This document shows, piece after piece, positions 47,903 to 57,570 of a stretch of DNA of 64,000 nucleotides; position 1 is the first letter of the stretch; each line of letters begins with the position of its first letter. The stretch is from an uncultured Verrucomicrobiae bacterium. Its GTDB lineage: Bacteria > Verrucomicrobiota > Verrucomicrobiia > Chthoniobacterales > JAATET01. The notes under the pieces were generated by a model that searched no databases, was not told where the DNA came from, and saw nothing but the letters and a program-made list of their open reading frames with translations. The stretch spans positions 64,001 to 128,000 of the forward strand of contig CAVRCI010000015.1 of NCBI GenBank assembly GCA_963719495.1. The letters are read 5' to 3'. A program made the position numbers and the translations under genes.

Positions 47903-48084
47903 GTTTAAAGACGCGTAATGAAAAAAATCATTAACAACTTCAATCTATTTCAAGCGATATTTTAAGCGGTATGCGGACGTCCATTTGAGCGGATTCCATG
48001 GATCGTGCGGCGTAAGCGTCACGTGAAGCGCCACTTGACCGGGTAGTCATAGATGTCGTTGGCGGAGCCAACGACATCTATGAA

Positions 48085-48252
48085 TTAGGCAGCGCATTCG
48101 AGCGGGGCAGGCTGGTAGGCGGCGGCCCAAGCGGCGGGAGTGATGTCCTTGATCTGCCAGTTGGTCATCAACGGTAAGTGCGTGTGGACATCGCGAAGAT
48201 AGTCGAAGGGATTGATCTCACGGAGCCGCCAGCTCTCGATGATGGTGAAGAA
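48085..48252 (-). pseudogene. IS66 transposase (TnpC) C-terminal fragment
   Basis: Manual translation FTIIESWRLREINPFDYLRDVHTHLPLMTNWQIKDITPAAWA. Confidence 0.8.
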
Positions 48253-48321
48253 ATTATCTGATCGCCGATAGCCGTGGATTAGATGGCATTTTCAACGGGG
48301 TTTTTGTCGATTTCGACGGTT

Positions 48322-48438
48322 TCAGGAACGAGGCAGGTTTGCAGATCGGCCGTCCCGCCGCTTGCGCGACACTCGCGCCCGACCATCCGAGTCGACCTTG
48401 AAAATCTCAGGGTCCCCGCTCACTTCCATAGGTTCCAT
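48322..48438 (-). pseudogene. IS66 TnpA-like N-terminal fragment
   Basis: MEPMEVSGDPEIFKVDSDGRARVSRKRR, starting just inside the putative left end. Confidence 0.55.
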
Positions 48439-48688
48439 ATTGCCCGGTTTGACATTTACGGCGGAGTAAACCGATCGTAGCGAAAATACCGATAGCGCTG
48501 CGCCAAGCTTCTCGGGAACGGTCCGGGCGGTCCGCTTTGGGTTGATTCTGACATATCCCGCGAAACCCACTAAGACTGACTAAATTGATCCTGATCCTCT
48601 GATACCCCGAATTTCCTGCAATGGGGAATGGCTCAGAATGTATTCTAACAGCTCACGGGACACCATCCAGTTCCCTTTTCGAAAAGCT

Positions 48689-49366
48689 CTACCATTTGTA
48701 GACGTAGTCAGCTGCGGAGACGTAGTTAATCTCGTTCGCTGAATTTCGATAAAAAATCAATATCCAATTATCGTTGTCCTGGGTCTGAAAAGAGCCGATC
48801 CGCTTCCCGCCATCGAAAATGCCAAGCGGAGCCTGAACTGAAATCTCTACGGGTTCACCTGATCTGAGCGTCTGGACAACACCACCTCTGGGGTTTGGTT
48901 TTTCGTCGCGTGGCTCTGAAGCGAACATCAGTTCAACTGGAGTGGGTTCTCCGACATACACTACTCTGATCAGCGAAGCAGACTCTTTTGACGAAGCTGG
49001 AATAGAAGCTAGGGCGATTTGTTTCCTCGGGAGTCCCGACTCGTCAAGGGAGTCCTGATCGAGTACTAAATGGCCTACCAAAATTGGCGATTGATCGGCG
49101 GTCAGCGGAAGCTCGGTCTCCTTCGAAAACTCACCGTTTTCGACAGTGACTTTTACTGAGCTGCCGTCGAAACCTAATCCCCCGGCATTGAAGCCAAGTG
49201 CAAACGGCTCACCAATAGCTTTCCCATTCACTTTAAGCACGGTGGGCAGATCGGTTGCTATTGCGTTGACGAACGAAAAATACCTGGGTTCGGATTGTGA
49301 AGACGCTGTTATGACACATAGGCTCGCAGCAATAGGAATTGCGAGGAGAAGATTAATCCGATTCAT
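48689..49366 (-). CDS. Exported hypothetical protein at the end of the prepilin cassette
   Basis: Signal peptide MNRINLLLAIPIAAS; overlaps the stop of the upstream gene. Confidence 0.75.
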   Translation of the reverse strand: MNRINLLLAIPIAASLCVITASSQSEPRYFSFVNAIATDLPTVLKVNGKAIGEPFALGFNAGGLGFDGSSVKVTVENGEFSKETELPLTADQSPILVGHLVLDQDSLDESGLPRKQIALASIPASSKESASLIRVVYVGEPTPVELMFASEPRDEKPNPRGGVVQTLRSGEPVEISVQAPLGIFDGGKRIGSFQTQDNDNWILIFYRNSANEINYVSAADYVYKW

Positions 49367-52127
49367 ACAGGGTGCGGGTTTGAAGTGATGATATTTCTGA
49401 GGTGGCGGGATCACGAACGGGCTCCAGAAAGACATCCACAGTTGACCTCTGCGTGGCCACGGGAATGCCGTCCGAGTTTACCGCCTGACCGATGATGTGT
49501 ATCCGAAAGTTTCGTGAGCGGACCGTTGTCAGGTCATAAATCTGACGGAGATACTCTTCGGCCTCGGCATCTCTCCAAACCGTAGGTCGGTCAGCGGGAT
49601 TCTTCCACGATGCTGGATTACCCCAGATGAATTCCGCCGAAGCGCTTATCGGTGGTGCTAAGAGTCGACCCGCAAGTTCATGTTCGGAATAGAAGGGGCG
49701 GTTCGCGATGACGGCATCTGCGAAAACGTCTCCGTCTTCTCGGTCCGTTGAATTCACTGCCGTCGTCGGGCCGTAGATAGTCGCCGGATTACTCTCGGCG
49801 TTGTAGGGTTCGGACGTAGCAGTTCTCGTATACTCGGGGCGGTTCATCTGGATGCCAGCTCCGAGGCTTCTCAGCACTTCTCGGGTAGCTGTGTTGATGT
49901 TAACCAATCCCTTGGTTGATCTGGTCTCTTCGGTCGCGAATATTCCTAAAAGATCCGTGGCTTTCGCTCGAGCGGTAAAACGATCCGCGAAAGGAGTGTC
50001 AAACCGCTCAAATTCTTTCTTTCCGATTCGAAGCGACAGACCTCCGCCGAAGTGTCCGCTGCCAGGCGATGAACTTGAATCAATTTTGCTGAGCTTCGTT
50101 TTGACGGAACTGTCCAAGTTCGTTTGAGACTCTTGTCCTGGATACTGCTGCCACAAGGCGGGATCGTAGAGGTGGCCGAGCTCAGTGATTGAGCGATAGT
50201 TCGAATCTGGGTAGTTGGCGATGTGTGATGGGGCATATCTAGGATTCGAAGCCGTGGGTTGGACGGAAGTCGGAATCGTATTTCCATTTCCAACGAATCT
50301 GCCTGGGGCATCGTCGAATCCAGGATCAGCCCAATAGGATGGTTTCACCTCACCGTAGGTTTTTCCTTGAAGGCCTTGTCGAATCGTCCGGCCGCCGACA
50401 ACAGCTCGCGTGTGGTAGGCGCTTTCGTCTTGAGCTGCGCGAATGTAGTAGGCCGCACGCGGATCACCCGGATTACCGTTAATGTATCCGCTGCCGTTGT
50501 CGGGTTTGTAAATGAGTCCAGGGATGGCAGCGTTCCAGTCCGTGTTGTTGTTTGGGGCAGCGTCCGCTGAATAATCGAACGCGCTGTTATAACCAAACAC
50601 GCTCGCTCCAGGTTTGTCTACGAGCAGGAAATCTCCACCTCCCGCCAAATCCCTCCAGAATGCCATGTATTTACCGGTGCGCGTCTCTGGAACAGACACT
50701 CTGCTTCCTGGTGCGCTCGAAGTCGTCACGACATAGGTCGACGAGGCGGCTTCGAAGATCTGCTTCTGATTTGGTCCAAGTGAGACATCTTGTGGATTGA
50801 GAACGGTTGTCTCGGTGACGTTGTCTCCGGGAGTTCCAAAATTTAGGACAGTCCCGCCAACCGAACCGATGTAGCCGCTACGCCCTTCAAACCGCATTGT
50901 GCCCTCTGCCGTCTTATCGGATGGATTCCAGATTTCAACGAAGTGCCTGATTGTGAAGGTAGCTGAACTCGGAGATCGACCGGTATATGCAGTCATCATA
51001 AACCATTGTGTCACAAAAGGAAATGAATCGATGCCTCTATAAGTCGAGCCGTCAGTTGTTGTCTGTCCATCCGAGTCTGCGTAGTCGACCATATTCGCCG
51101 CCAAATTTTGCAAATAGGTTGTCGGGGCCATTCCTCCGCTTCGGACTGTCGCGAAATCTGGTAAATTCGTCGAGATCGCCGAACTGATTGTATTCACGGC
51201 GTCGGAGCCGGATATTGAGTCGTTTAGCGAAATCTTAGGCTCCCCCTCGTTGACGAATCCAAATCCTGTCGGTATGACCGCACGCTCTTCGGTCTCAAAT
51301 CCCAGGCCGGGGTAGAGGTGGAGCCGGGGGTCTTTTGACTCTGCGAGTGAAGCGTCTGTTTCATTTACGACTTGAAGAGTCGTCGCAGGAGTGAGAATGA
51401 TCGCTCGATCTTCCAAAACATCTTTGGCTTCGCTTTGGCCGTCATCAGACCTGGCTTTCCGATCGAACAGAGAATAAAGAGCTGCGTCGGAGCGTGCATC
51501 AACGTCCCCAAGGGTCTCGGCTCGAACATGTTTGCCCGCATTTTTTAAATTGCCCGCTACCTTGAGGTCGAGGTGTCCCTGCAGATCCTCGATCCAGTAT
51601 GCGAACCTTCCAACCTCGTCACCATCCGCATTATCAATCGGAACCCAGCGAACTGAGGGATTTTGGTTCGAGTAGTAATCGGTCTGATAGGACGGGAGAT
51701 CGATCTCTGCTGAATCTGGAAAATCAGGAGAAGAAATCAACGCTTGGTCTGGGAGTACGCCGGGAGGTTGTGGCGGAATTTGTCGATTTGCCCCGCTGAC
51801 AAGCGGAACATATTCCACCGTTCCGGCAGATGTCCTTTTCGAAATAAAATAGGTAGGCGGAGCCGCATTTATCGATGACGTGTAGTTCGTTTGAACGACC
51901 GAGTAGTCGTCGGTGCGCGTGCCTGTATTTGCCAGAAGCTCGAGTGCGTGTGCGCGACCGGCGGAAGTAGCAAGATCGGCTTGAAGAATGTTCCGGTAAC
52001 TTCGAGCGGTTTTCCGTTCGACGCTCATGCTTTGCAGAAAGGCCGTTACGATTATGGTTAAAACAACCACTGCGAGAAGGGTTGAGATAAGCGCGGATGC
52101 GGATTCGTATCTTCGGGAGCGGAACAT
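49353..52127 (-). CDS. Large PilX-like / Verru_Chthon cassette protein A-like
   Basis: ASALISTLLAVVVLTIIV N-terminus; GRFAYWIEDLQG, LAANMVDYAD, GLVNINTA and TTVRSRNFRI motifs. Confidence 0.85.
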   Translation of the reverse strand: MFRSRRYESASALISTLLAVVVLTIIVTAFLQSMSVERKTARSYRNILQADLATSAGRAHALELLANTGTRTDDYSVVQTNYTSSINAAPPTYFISKRTSAGTVEYVPLVSGANRQIPPQPPGVLPDQALISSPDFPDSAEIDLPSYQTDYYSNQNPSVRWVPIDNADGDEVGRFAYWIEDLQGHLDLKVAGNLKNAGKHVRAETLGDVDARSDAALYSLFDRKARSDDGQSEAKDVLEDRAIILTPATTLQVVNETDASLAESKDPRLHLYPGLGFETEERAVIPTGFGFVNEGEPKISLNDSISGSDAVNTISSAISTNLPDFATVRSGGMAPTTYLQNLAANMVDYADSDGQTTTDGSTYRGIDSFPFVTQWFMMTAYTGRSPSSATFTIRHFVEIWNPSDKTAEGTMRFEGRSGYIGSVGGTVLNFGTPGDNVTETTVLNPQDVSLGPNQKQIFEAASSTYVVTTSSAPGSRVSVPETRTGKYMAFWRDLAGGGDFLLVDKPGASVFGYNSAFDYSADAAPNNNTDWNAAIPGLIYKPDNGSGYINGNPGDPRAAYYIRAAQDESAYHTRAVVGGRTIRQGLQGKTYGEVKPSYWADPGFDDAPGRFVGNGNTIPTSVQPTASNPRYAPSHIANYPDSNYRSITELGHLYDPALWQQYPGQESQTNLDSSVKTKLSKIDSSSSPGSGHFGGGLSLRIGKKEFERFDTPFADRFTARAKATDLLGIFATEETRSTKGLVNINTATREVLRSLGAGIQMNRPEYTRTATSEPYNAESNPATIYGPTTAVNSTDREDGDVFADAVIANRPFYSEHELAGRLLAPPISASAEFIWGNPASWKNPADRPTVWRDAEAEEYLRQIYDLTTVRSRNFRIHIIGQAVNSDGIPVATQRSTVDVFLEPVRDPATSEISSLQTRTLYESD

Positions 52128-52131
52128 ATGT

Positions 52132-53016
52132 CTAGGGTTGAATGGTGGCGGCGTTTGCTGCCGTGCCGGCGGGCAGAAAAACACGAGTTGAGAAAGAGCG
52201 TGCGTTCTCAAGATACGTCGGAGTTTTGTCAGCAATTTCTTTTTTCCAGAGGGCTTGATCATCACCCCATCGATCGGCCGTGTCCTCGTTGACCGCAATG
52301 ATTAATATGTCCAGCGCATCGGGAAACGGAGTGTCGTTGTTCTGGGTAAATGGTTGGCCTGGTCGGACGGGATCACCCAACGCGTTCGTAAGTTGAATCG
52401 GCTCGATCTGGAATCTAACGATGTTTCTGGCAACCAGTTCGGCACCGGCCGGCGGAAGTGTTGCCGGATTGCCGTCTTTTAGAAGTGGATTCGTGCCTGC
52501 CTTCAATGCATCGAAAGTGTCGTCGCTGTTAACAATGTTGCGGTAAAGATTCAACGATGCGGTCCCCGTCGTCGACACCCGTCCCCAAGCAAGAAAATAC
52601 CCAACCGCGCAAAGGTCGCTTTTGGCTAGAGCGGCGGAACCTGACGAGATGGGCTGGGAGTCCTCGGCCAACAACGTCATGAAAAACAGAGCGTCACCAA
52701 TGTCGCCCTTGGCGGGTGATGCAACCAGCGCATCGAGCTCGGTATCCTCGACCGCGACCCTGAAAAATGCTTCATTTGGAGCGGCGTAAAGATTTTCCAA
52801 ATCTGCCCCGATCAAATTGAGTGCCGCCCGCGCTTCACGGTAACTGTCCACACGACGTTCGCTCTCCCGCCAGAGTCGAGTTGCCCCATCGACCATTGAA
52901 AGAAGGATGACGAGGAGCACCGTCAGCACCGACATAGCAACGAGAAGTTCGATTAGCGAAAAACCATCTGCGCTCGGGTTACAGAGCCGACGATCGCCGA
53001 ATGAATTTGCTTTCAT
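52132..53016 (-). CDS. Prepilin-type protein (PilW/PulJ-like, Verru_Chthon cassette protein C-like)
   Basis: GFSLIELLVAMSVL; REARAAL; SDLCAVGYF. Confidence 0.87.
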   Translation of the reverse strand: MKANSFGDRRLCNPSADGFSLIELLVAMSVLTVLLVILLSMVDGATRLWRESERRVDSYREARAALNLIGADLENLYAAPNEAFFRVAVEDTELDALVASPAKGDIGDALFFMTLLAEDSQPISSGSAALAKSDLCAVGYFLAWGRVSTTGTASLNLYRNIVNSDDTFDALKAGTNPLLKDGNPATLPPAGAELVARNIVRFQIEPIQLTNALGDPVRPGQPFTQNNDTPFPDALDILIIAVNEDTADRWGDDQALWKKEIADKTPTYLENARSFSTRVFLPAGTAANAATIQP

Positions 53017-53023
53017 TCGCAAG

Positions 53024-53560
53024 CTAGTTAATAGAAACGATTGACGCGAACGAATAGTCCGTCCGACCTGGGGTGCCTGTGGCAGCGCCGACCGGAGTAT
53101 GGACATTTACGGTTACCTGGGAAAGTCCATCGCGTGGCGTGTCAACTTCCCAAGAGACTTCGACGGAAAAAGCCGCGAAATCAGATCCCGTGCTGTCGGA
53201 GTTGTGGGAACCAACGAGTTCCCCTTCCTCATTGAATTCGAGGGTGGTTGATCCGTTCACAGTCAAATCAACCGCTGTGACCTCTACGGTGGTTCGATCT
53301 CCGACCGGGTCAGCGTTATCAGCTGGGAGAAACGGAGGGGTTGCTGAGAGGCCCGCGAAGGTTGTTCTAGCAATAAACGTTGCCTGTGTCTCAGTCCGAC
53401 TGTCAGCGGCGTTGCTTAGAGCTACAGGCAACAGACCGAGGATGCCAACCAACGCGAATGACATAATTCCAACGGCTAGGACGATCTCGATCAGAGAGAA
53501 TGCTGAATTTAAGGCCTGTTTAGCTTTTTGCCGACTAGAAATTAGATTGACCAAGTGCAT
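53024..53560 (-). CDS. Prepilin-type protein (PilV-like, Verru_Chthon cassette protein B-like)
   Basis: AFSLIEIVLAVGIMSFALVGILGLLPVAL. Confidence 0.87.
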   Translation of the reverse strand: MHLVNLISSRQKAKQALNSAFSLIEIVLAVGIMSFALVGILGLLPVALSNAADSRTETQATFIARTTFAGLSATPPFLPADNADPVGDRTTVEVTAVDLTVNGSTTLEFNEEGELVGSHNSDSTGSDFAAFSVEVSWEVDTPRDGLSQVTVNVHTPVGAATGTPGRTDYSFASIVSIN

Positions 53561-54252
53561 CACTGGGTTGCCGTCTGAGTGACGTCAAGGGTCGCACGTC
53601 CTGTGTAGCGGGCGAAAGCAATCCGCTCGAGGCCGTTGTGTTTTTTCTGAGCTACGCGGGCCTCGTTCCCGAAATCATCGCGAACTCCTTCAGTCACAAA
53701 AAGGGCCAATGTGCCGTTGTTCGGAAACGAGATAACGCCCGTCGGCTTGAATTGAACGTAAGAAAATCTGTCTTCGTCTGAAGATGTAGTCCCGGGTGGA
53801 TGAAAGGAAAAATCGGTCGGTTTGGCGGCGGTCGAAGCCGGAATGATGGTGTTCTGCTGGCTGTAAAAGAGCGTCTTTTCTGGAAGCTTGATCCATTTTG
53901 TGAGCTGCACGTAGTCCGATCCAGCCGGTCCCGAGTCCCAAGGAAGCCTCTCTCGAACCACCATGATGGAATCAACTTCGGGAAACGCCCTCCTCCAAAG
54001 AATAACGGTGACATTCGCTCCGCTTTCGAGGGCGGCGACTCGGGCTTGTTCGAAGGTGTTCATTAGGGTGGTGACGGCTCCTTTTCTTCCGGCGGTGCTG
54101 GCCATGTTGCCGATGGCGGGGGCCAAGAGGCTGAGCATGACGACGAGGATGGCCATGACGGCGATGAGCTCGACGAGGGAAAATGCCCGGGGCCGCGGTC
54201 GGCTGGGGCGACCGGGGTGGCTGGACGAAGAGTTGGCTTTGCCGATGAGCAT
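53560..54252 (-). CDS. Prepilin-type protein (FimT/GspH-like, Verru_Chthon cassette protein D-like)
   Basis: AFSLVELIAVMAIL..LLAPA, EQARVAAL and VQFKPTG motifs; start uncertain. Confidence 0.85.
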   Translation of the reverse strand: MLIGKANSSSSHPGRPSRPRPRAFSLVELIAVMAILVVMLSLLAPAIGNMASTAGRKGAVTTLMNTFEQARVAALESGANVTVILWRRAFPEVDSIMVVRERLPWDSGPAGSDYVQLTKWIKLPEKTLFYSQQNTIIPASTAAKPTDFSFHPPGTTSSDEDRFSYVQFKPTGVISFPNNGTLALFVTEGVRDDFGNEARVAQKKHNGLERIAFARYTGRATLDVTQTATQ

Positions 54253-54508
54253 CCCCAATCTCTTGCCGTCTGATGGGTGGGTTCGCAAAATACAAACTGT
54301 GACAACAGTGTAACTTGCTTCGAGAGAATGTCGATGGGTGGGATGCGTCCGGGAGGCTGACGCACGAGCACGGTGGTCGCGCCCGGCGGCGCGTGGACCG
54401 GTGGAGCGCGGAAGTTGAGTGGAGGACGAGAACATGAAGGATTCGATCGGGCGTTCTCCGGCGGATTTTTTCGGTCGGAGAACGAATTCGACTTGGTGGT
54501 GACGTTTC

Positions 54509-54525
54509 AGCAGTCGGCGTGCCAA
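54509..54525 (-). promoter_or_regulatory. Putative sigma54 promoter upstream of the prepilin cassette
   Basis: TTGGCACGCCGACTGCT, near consensus TGGCACG-N4-TTGC. Confidence 0.6.
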
Positions 54526-54744
54526 GGGGGCGCTTCGGGACGGTAGTCTGGGCGGTGATCGAGCGGTCTGATCCGTCGGAATCGAGGGGAATGTCGGTTG
54601 GGACTCTCGGCGCGCCTGAGTAGCTCGAGGTGCGAACGGATTACGTCCGTTTGCCCGGGCTGTTTCGAATAAGTCTTCGTCCGACGGTCGCTGGGGAACG
54701 TCCTCACGGTGGGATCGGGCATCAAACTCAAATACGACATCATC

Positions 54745-54999
54745 ATGGGCATCATTTCCTGGATCATCTTCGGCCTCATTGCGGGGGCTATCGCGAAACT
54801 CATCATGCCGGGGAAAGATCCGGGCGGCTGCATCATCACGATGATTCTGGGTGTCGTGGGTGCGGCTGTCGGTGGATGGATCGGGACGTTGCTCGGATTT
54901 GGTGGGGTGGATGGGTTCAATATCGGCAGCTTTGGCGTTGCGGTGTTGGGCGCGATTGTTTTGCTCCTGATCTACCGCCTGGTTTTGGGACGGAAGTAG
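54745..54999 (+). CDS. GlsB/YeaQ/YmgE family stress response membrane protein
   Basis: MGIISWIIFGLIAGAIAKLIMPGKD. Confidence 0.93.
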   Translation: MGIISWIIFGLIAGAIAKLIMPGKDPGGCIITMILGVVGAAVGGWIGTLLGFGGVDGFNIGSFGVAVLGAIVLLLIYRLVLGRK

Positions 55000-55227
55000 G
55001 GGTTGGGGTGCGATCCCCGCGCGGTTCTCGATGGATGGGGGGATTGTTTTTAGGTCTTCGTCGGCGGGCTCCGCGGGTCGGTTGCCTTTGGGGGTGTCGC
55101 TCCCCGGGGTGTCGCTCCGCTCAACCCCGCGCTGCCGTCGCTGGGATACCTTCGGCATCCTTTTGATTTGGGGAGCCTTGGCTGGTGGCGCGGCTGGTTG
55201 GATTCCACTGGCTCCTGGTGTCTGGTG

Positions 55228-55274
55228 GGTGAGGTGAGACGCCAGAGATGCTTCGCTTCGCTCAGGATGACAGG
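55228..55274 (+). repeat. 47-bp repeat family, copy 2
   Basis: 44/47 identical to 32035-32081. Confidence 0.9.
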
Positions 55275-55300
55275 TTTGGTTGAACCGCTTACGCGGCTGA

Positions 55301-56266
55301 TCAGACGTCTTTGGGGCGGTAGATGATGATGCCGGCGTGGTCGCTCGAGCCTTCGAGGTAATCGGAGATGTTGGTGTCGAGGATGACTTTGCGACCCTTT
55401 TCGCGACTGGAGGTGGCGTGAAGGATGCGGGCTCGGTCGCCGTCGCGGACGATGAGGCCGACGTGGGAGGTGTAGCCGGAGGTGTCGCGGGAGGTGATGG
55501 CGACGACGTCGCCGGTGCGGAGTTGGTTCTCGATGCCGCGGACTTGGGCGCGGGGGATGTGGTAGACGGGGAGCGCGGAGACTTTTTCCTGGATGCGGGC
55601 CATTTCGGGAAGGAGTGACCGGTCGTTGCGGAGGTAGCGGTAGCTTTTCCACATGGCGGTCATTTCGGTGATGTTGCGGCGGAGGCGGACGCCGCCGAGG
55701 TCGCGGGTGGGGTTCGTGGAGAGGCCGCGGCGGGTGTTGTCGGCGAAGACTTCTTCGAGGAAGTGCATGCGGGAGAGGTAGCCGCCGGTGCAGCGGCCGT
55801 CGCGGTAGCGTTCGAGCTCGATCATGGCGAGGAGGTCGGTGGGGGCGTAGGGCGGGGGTTGCGCTCGGAGCATGCGGGCGAAGCCGAGGGAGATCTCGTA
55901 GAAGGTCCAGCAGTCGAGGCCGGTGAAGTCGGCGGAGGGGGCTTCGATGCGGTCGTCGATCTCGAGGGTGTAGTTCTCGTAGGGGGTGCCGACGAGGGCC
56001 TGGCCGACCTGGGCGGTGCGGGCTCCGATGGGGAGGGCGCGCCAATTCTCGCGGGTGGCTCGGGCGACGAGCCGGTCAAAGCGGTCGCGACCCTGGAAGA
56101 CGGTGTCGAGGGGGAGGCGGAGTTGGGAGGGGGTGCGGGGGGTGGTGCCGGCGGTGACTTGGAAGACGGTGGGCGCGCCAAGCAGCAGGGTGGCGAGGAG
56201 AAGGAACGGTTGGAAATTTTTGATACGGGGCCGCGGAAGAATCCGCCGGGTGGCGGGAAAGGGCAA
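55301..56266 (-). CDS. DUF1460 N-acetylmuramoyl-L-alanine amidase-like protein
   Basis: LVGTPY, GLDCWTFYE, RYRDG, SRMHF, SHVG and HATS motifs; start uncertain. Confidence 0.85.
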   Translation of the reverse strand: MPFPATRRILPRPRIKNFQPFLLLATLLLGAPTVFQVTAGTTPRTPSQLRLPLDTVFQGRDRFDRLVARATRENWRALPIGARTAQVGQALVGTPYENYTLEIDDRIEAPSADFTGLDCWTFYEISLGFARMLRAQPPPYAPTDLLAMIELERYRDGRCTGGYLSRMHFLEEVFADNTRRGLSTNPTRDLGGVRLRRNITEMTAMWKSYRYLRNDRSLLPEMARIQEKVSALPVYHIPRAQVRGIENQLRTGDVVAITSRDTSGYTSHVGLIVRDGDRARILHATSSREKGRKVILDTNISDYLEGSSDHAGIIIYRPKDV

Positions 56267-56340
56267 GGGACGGCGCGTCGGGTCTTGTCATTTTTCGCGG
56301 AGGGGTGGATGGTCGTCGAAACCCCCAAATTCCAAGACTT

Positions 56341-56901
56341 ATGCCCGCAGAAAATTCCGGCAACTGGCAGCTCAAAAAATACGACGACGGCGAGATTTTC
56401 GGACCGGTCAACTTCGGGAAGATCCTGGAGTGGGCGGGGACGGCGCAGATCGCTCCGCAGGACATGCTCTCGGAGGACGGTCTCGTCTGGACGAAGGCTC
56501 CGATGATCCCGGCTCTGAAGATGGATTGGATCGTGAAGCTGGACGAGGGGCATTACTACGGGCCGACGACGGTGGGGGCGCTCCTGGAGTTTTTCCAGAA
56601 TTTCGAAATCTCTGAGAAGACGGTGGTGCTGGATTGTTGCTCGGGCAACGAGATGCCCTTCGGTGACTGCACGTTTTTCCCCCGCGAGAAGGAGGAGGTG
56701 ACGACGGAGGATTTGATGGCTCGGGCGCCGTCGAAGGGGATCATTCGGTTGAGTCTGCAGAAGCGGATTCGGGAATTGGAGGTGAATCTGCTCGAGAAGC
56801 GTCGGCAGGTCGATCTGGCGGCGGATACGATCCATCAACTCGAGAACCGGGTGCGGGAACTCGAAGCGCGGCTGCGCGAGGTGCAGGGGTTCGGCGGGTA
56901 G
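56341..56901 (+). CDS. Hypothetical protein with two GYF-like repeats and a C-terminal coiled coil
   Basis: W....DGEIFGPV and WIV..DEGHYYGPT repeats; heptad-like tail. Confidence 0.75.
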   Translation: MPAENSGNWQLKKYDDGEIFGPVNFGKILEWAGTAQIAPQDMLSEDGLVWTKAPMIPALKMDWIVKLDEGHYYGPTTVGALLEFFQNFEISEKTVVLDCCSGNEMPFGDCTFFPREKEEVTTEDLMARAPSKGIIRLSLQKRIRELEVNLLEKRRQVDLAADTIHQLENRVRELEARLREVQGFGG

Positions 56902-56966
56902 CGGGATGGTCGGGGTCGGGTCGGGTGGGCGGCCCCTCGATTTCTGGCGAGTTGGGTTGATCGGTT

Positions 56967-57362
56967 GTGGCGCGGGTTTTTGTCTACGGAACGTTGCGGC
57001 GGGGGGAGTGTCGGGATCTCCGGGAGAACTTTGGCGGGGGCAGATTCTGTGGGCGCGGACGGGTGACCGGCGTGCTTTACGACCTCGGGGATTACCCGGG
57101 GCTGCGGATCGGAGGGGGGGGCGGGCGGGTGGTCGGCGAGATTTTCGAAGTCTCGCGGGAGACGCTGGTTTTGCTCGACCGGCTCGAGGGCTACGATCCG
57201 GCGAACGTGGCGGAGAGTGAATACACGCGGGTGCTCGTGCCGGTGGTCTGGGACGACGAGGGGATCGAGGGGTGCTCGACCTACGAGATTGCGGAGTGGC
57301 ATTGCGCGGGACGTGCGCGGATCGACGGCGGGGATTGGGTGCGGCATCGGATTGGGGCGTAG
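56967..57362 (+). CDS. Gamma-glutamylcyclotransferase family protein
   Basis: VFVYGTLRRG, YPGL, LDRLEG and GDW motifs. Confidence 0.9.
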   Translation: MARVFVYGTLRRGECRDLRENFGGGRFCGRGRVTGVLYDLGDYPGLRIGGGGGRVVGEIFEVSRETLVLLDRLEGYDPANVAESEYTRVLVPVVWDDEGIEGCSTYEIAEWHCAGRARIDGGDWVRHRIGA

Positions 57363-57387
57363 CGTCGCGTGGGGATGCGGGATGGGC

Positions 57388-57477
57388 TGCGATCCCTCCG
57401 GGATCGGCTGTTGCGGGGGGTGGGAATCCGGGGGTCTGCGACCCCCGGCTACCGTGGCTGAAATCCCTTCGGGATTT
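57388..57477. repeat. Triple-hairpin REP-like element
   Basis: GATCCC-TCC-GGGATC, CCGGGGGTC-TGC-GACCCCCGG and AAATCCC-TTC-GGGATTT; degenerate relative at 55009-55160. Confidence 0.7.
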
Positions 57478-57570
57478 GACGGCGCGTTTCGGGATTTCGT
57501 TTGATCCGGCGAGCTGTGGGCACGTTGGGCTTGCCTTCGTGGGGCGGCTCCATTTTGCTCTGTCTCACTT

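Larger units (their letters stand above)
48012..48459 (-). mobile_element. Internally deleted IS66-family remnant
   Basis: Ends GTAAGCGTC / GTAAATGTC (imperfect TIRs), containing TnpA-like and TnpC-like fragments. Confidence 0.72.

Noticed and set aside
54253..55158. 532-aa version of the FimT-like ORF
   Set aside because: The extension overlaps the GlsB/YeaQ gene antisense and the putative sigma54 promoter; the prepilin motif indicates a start near 54252
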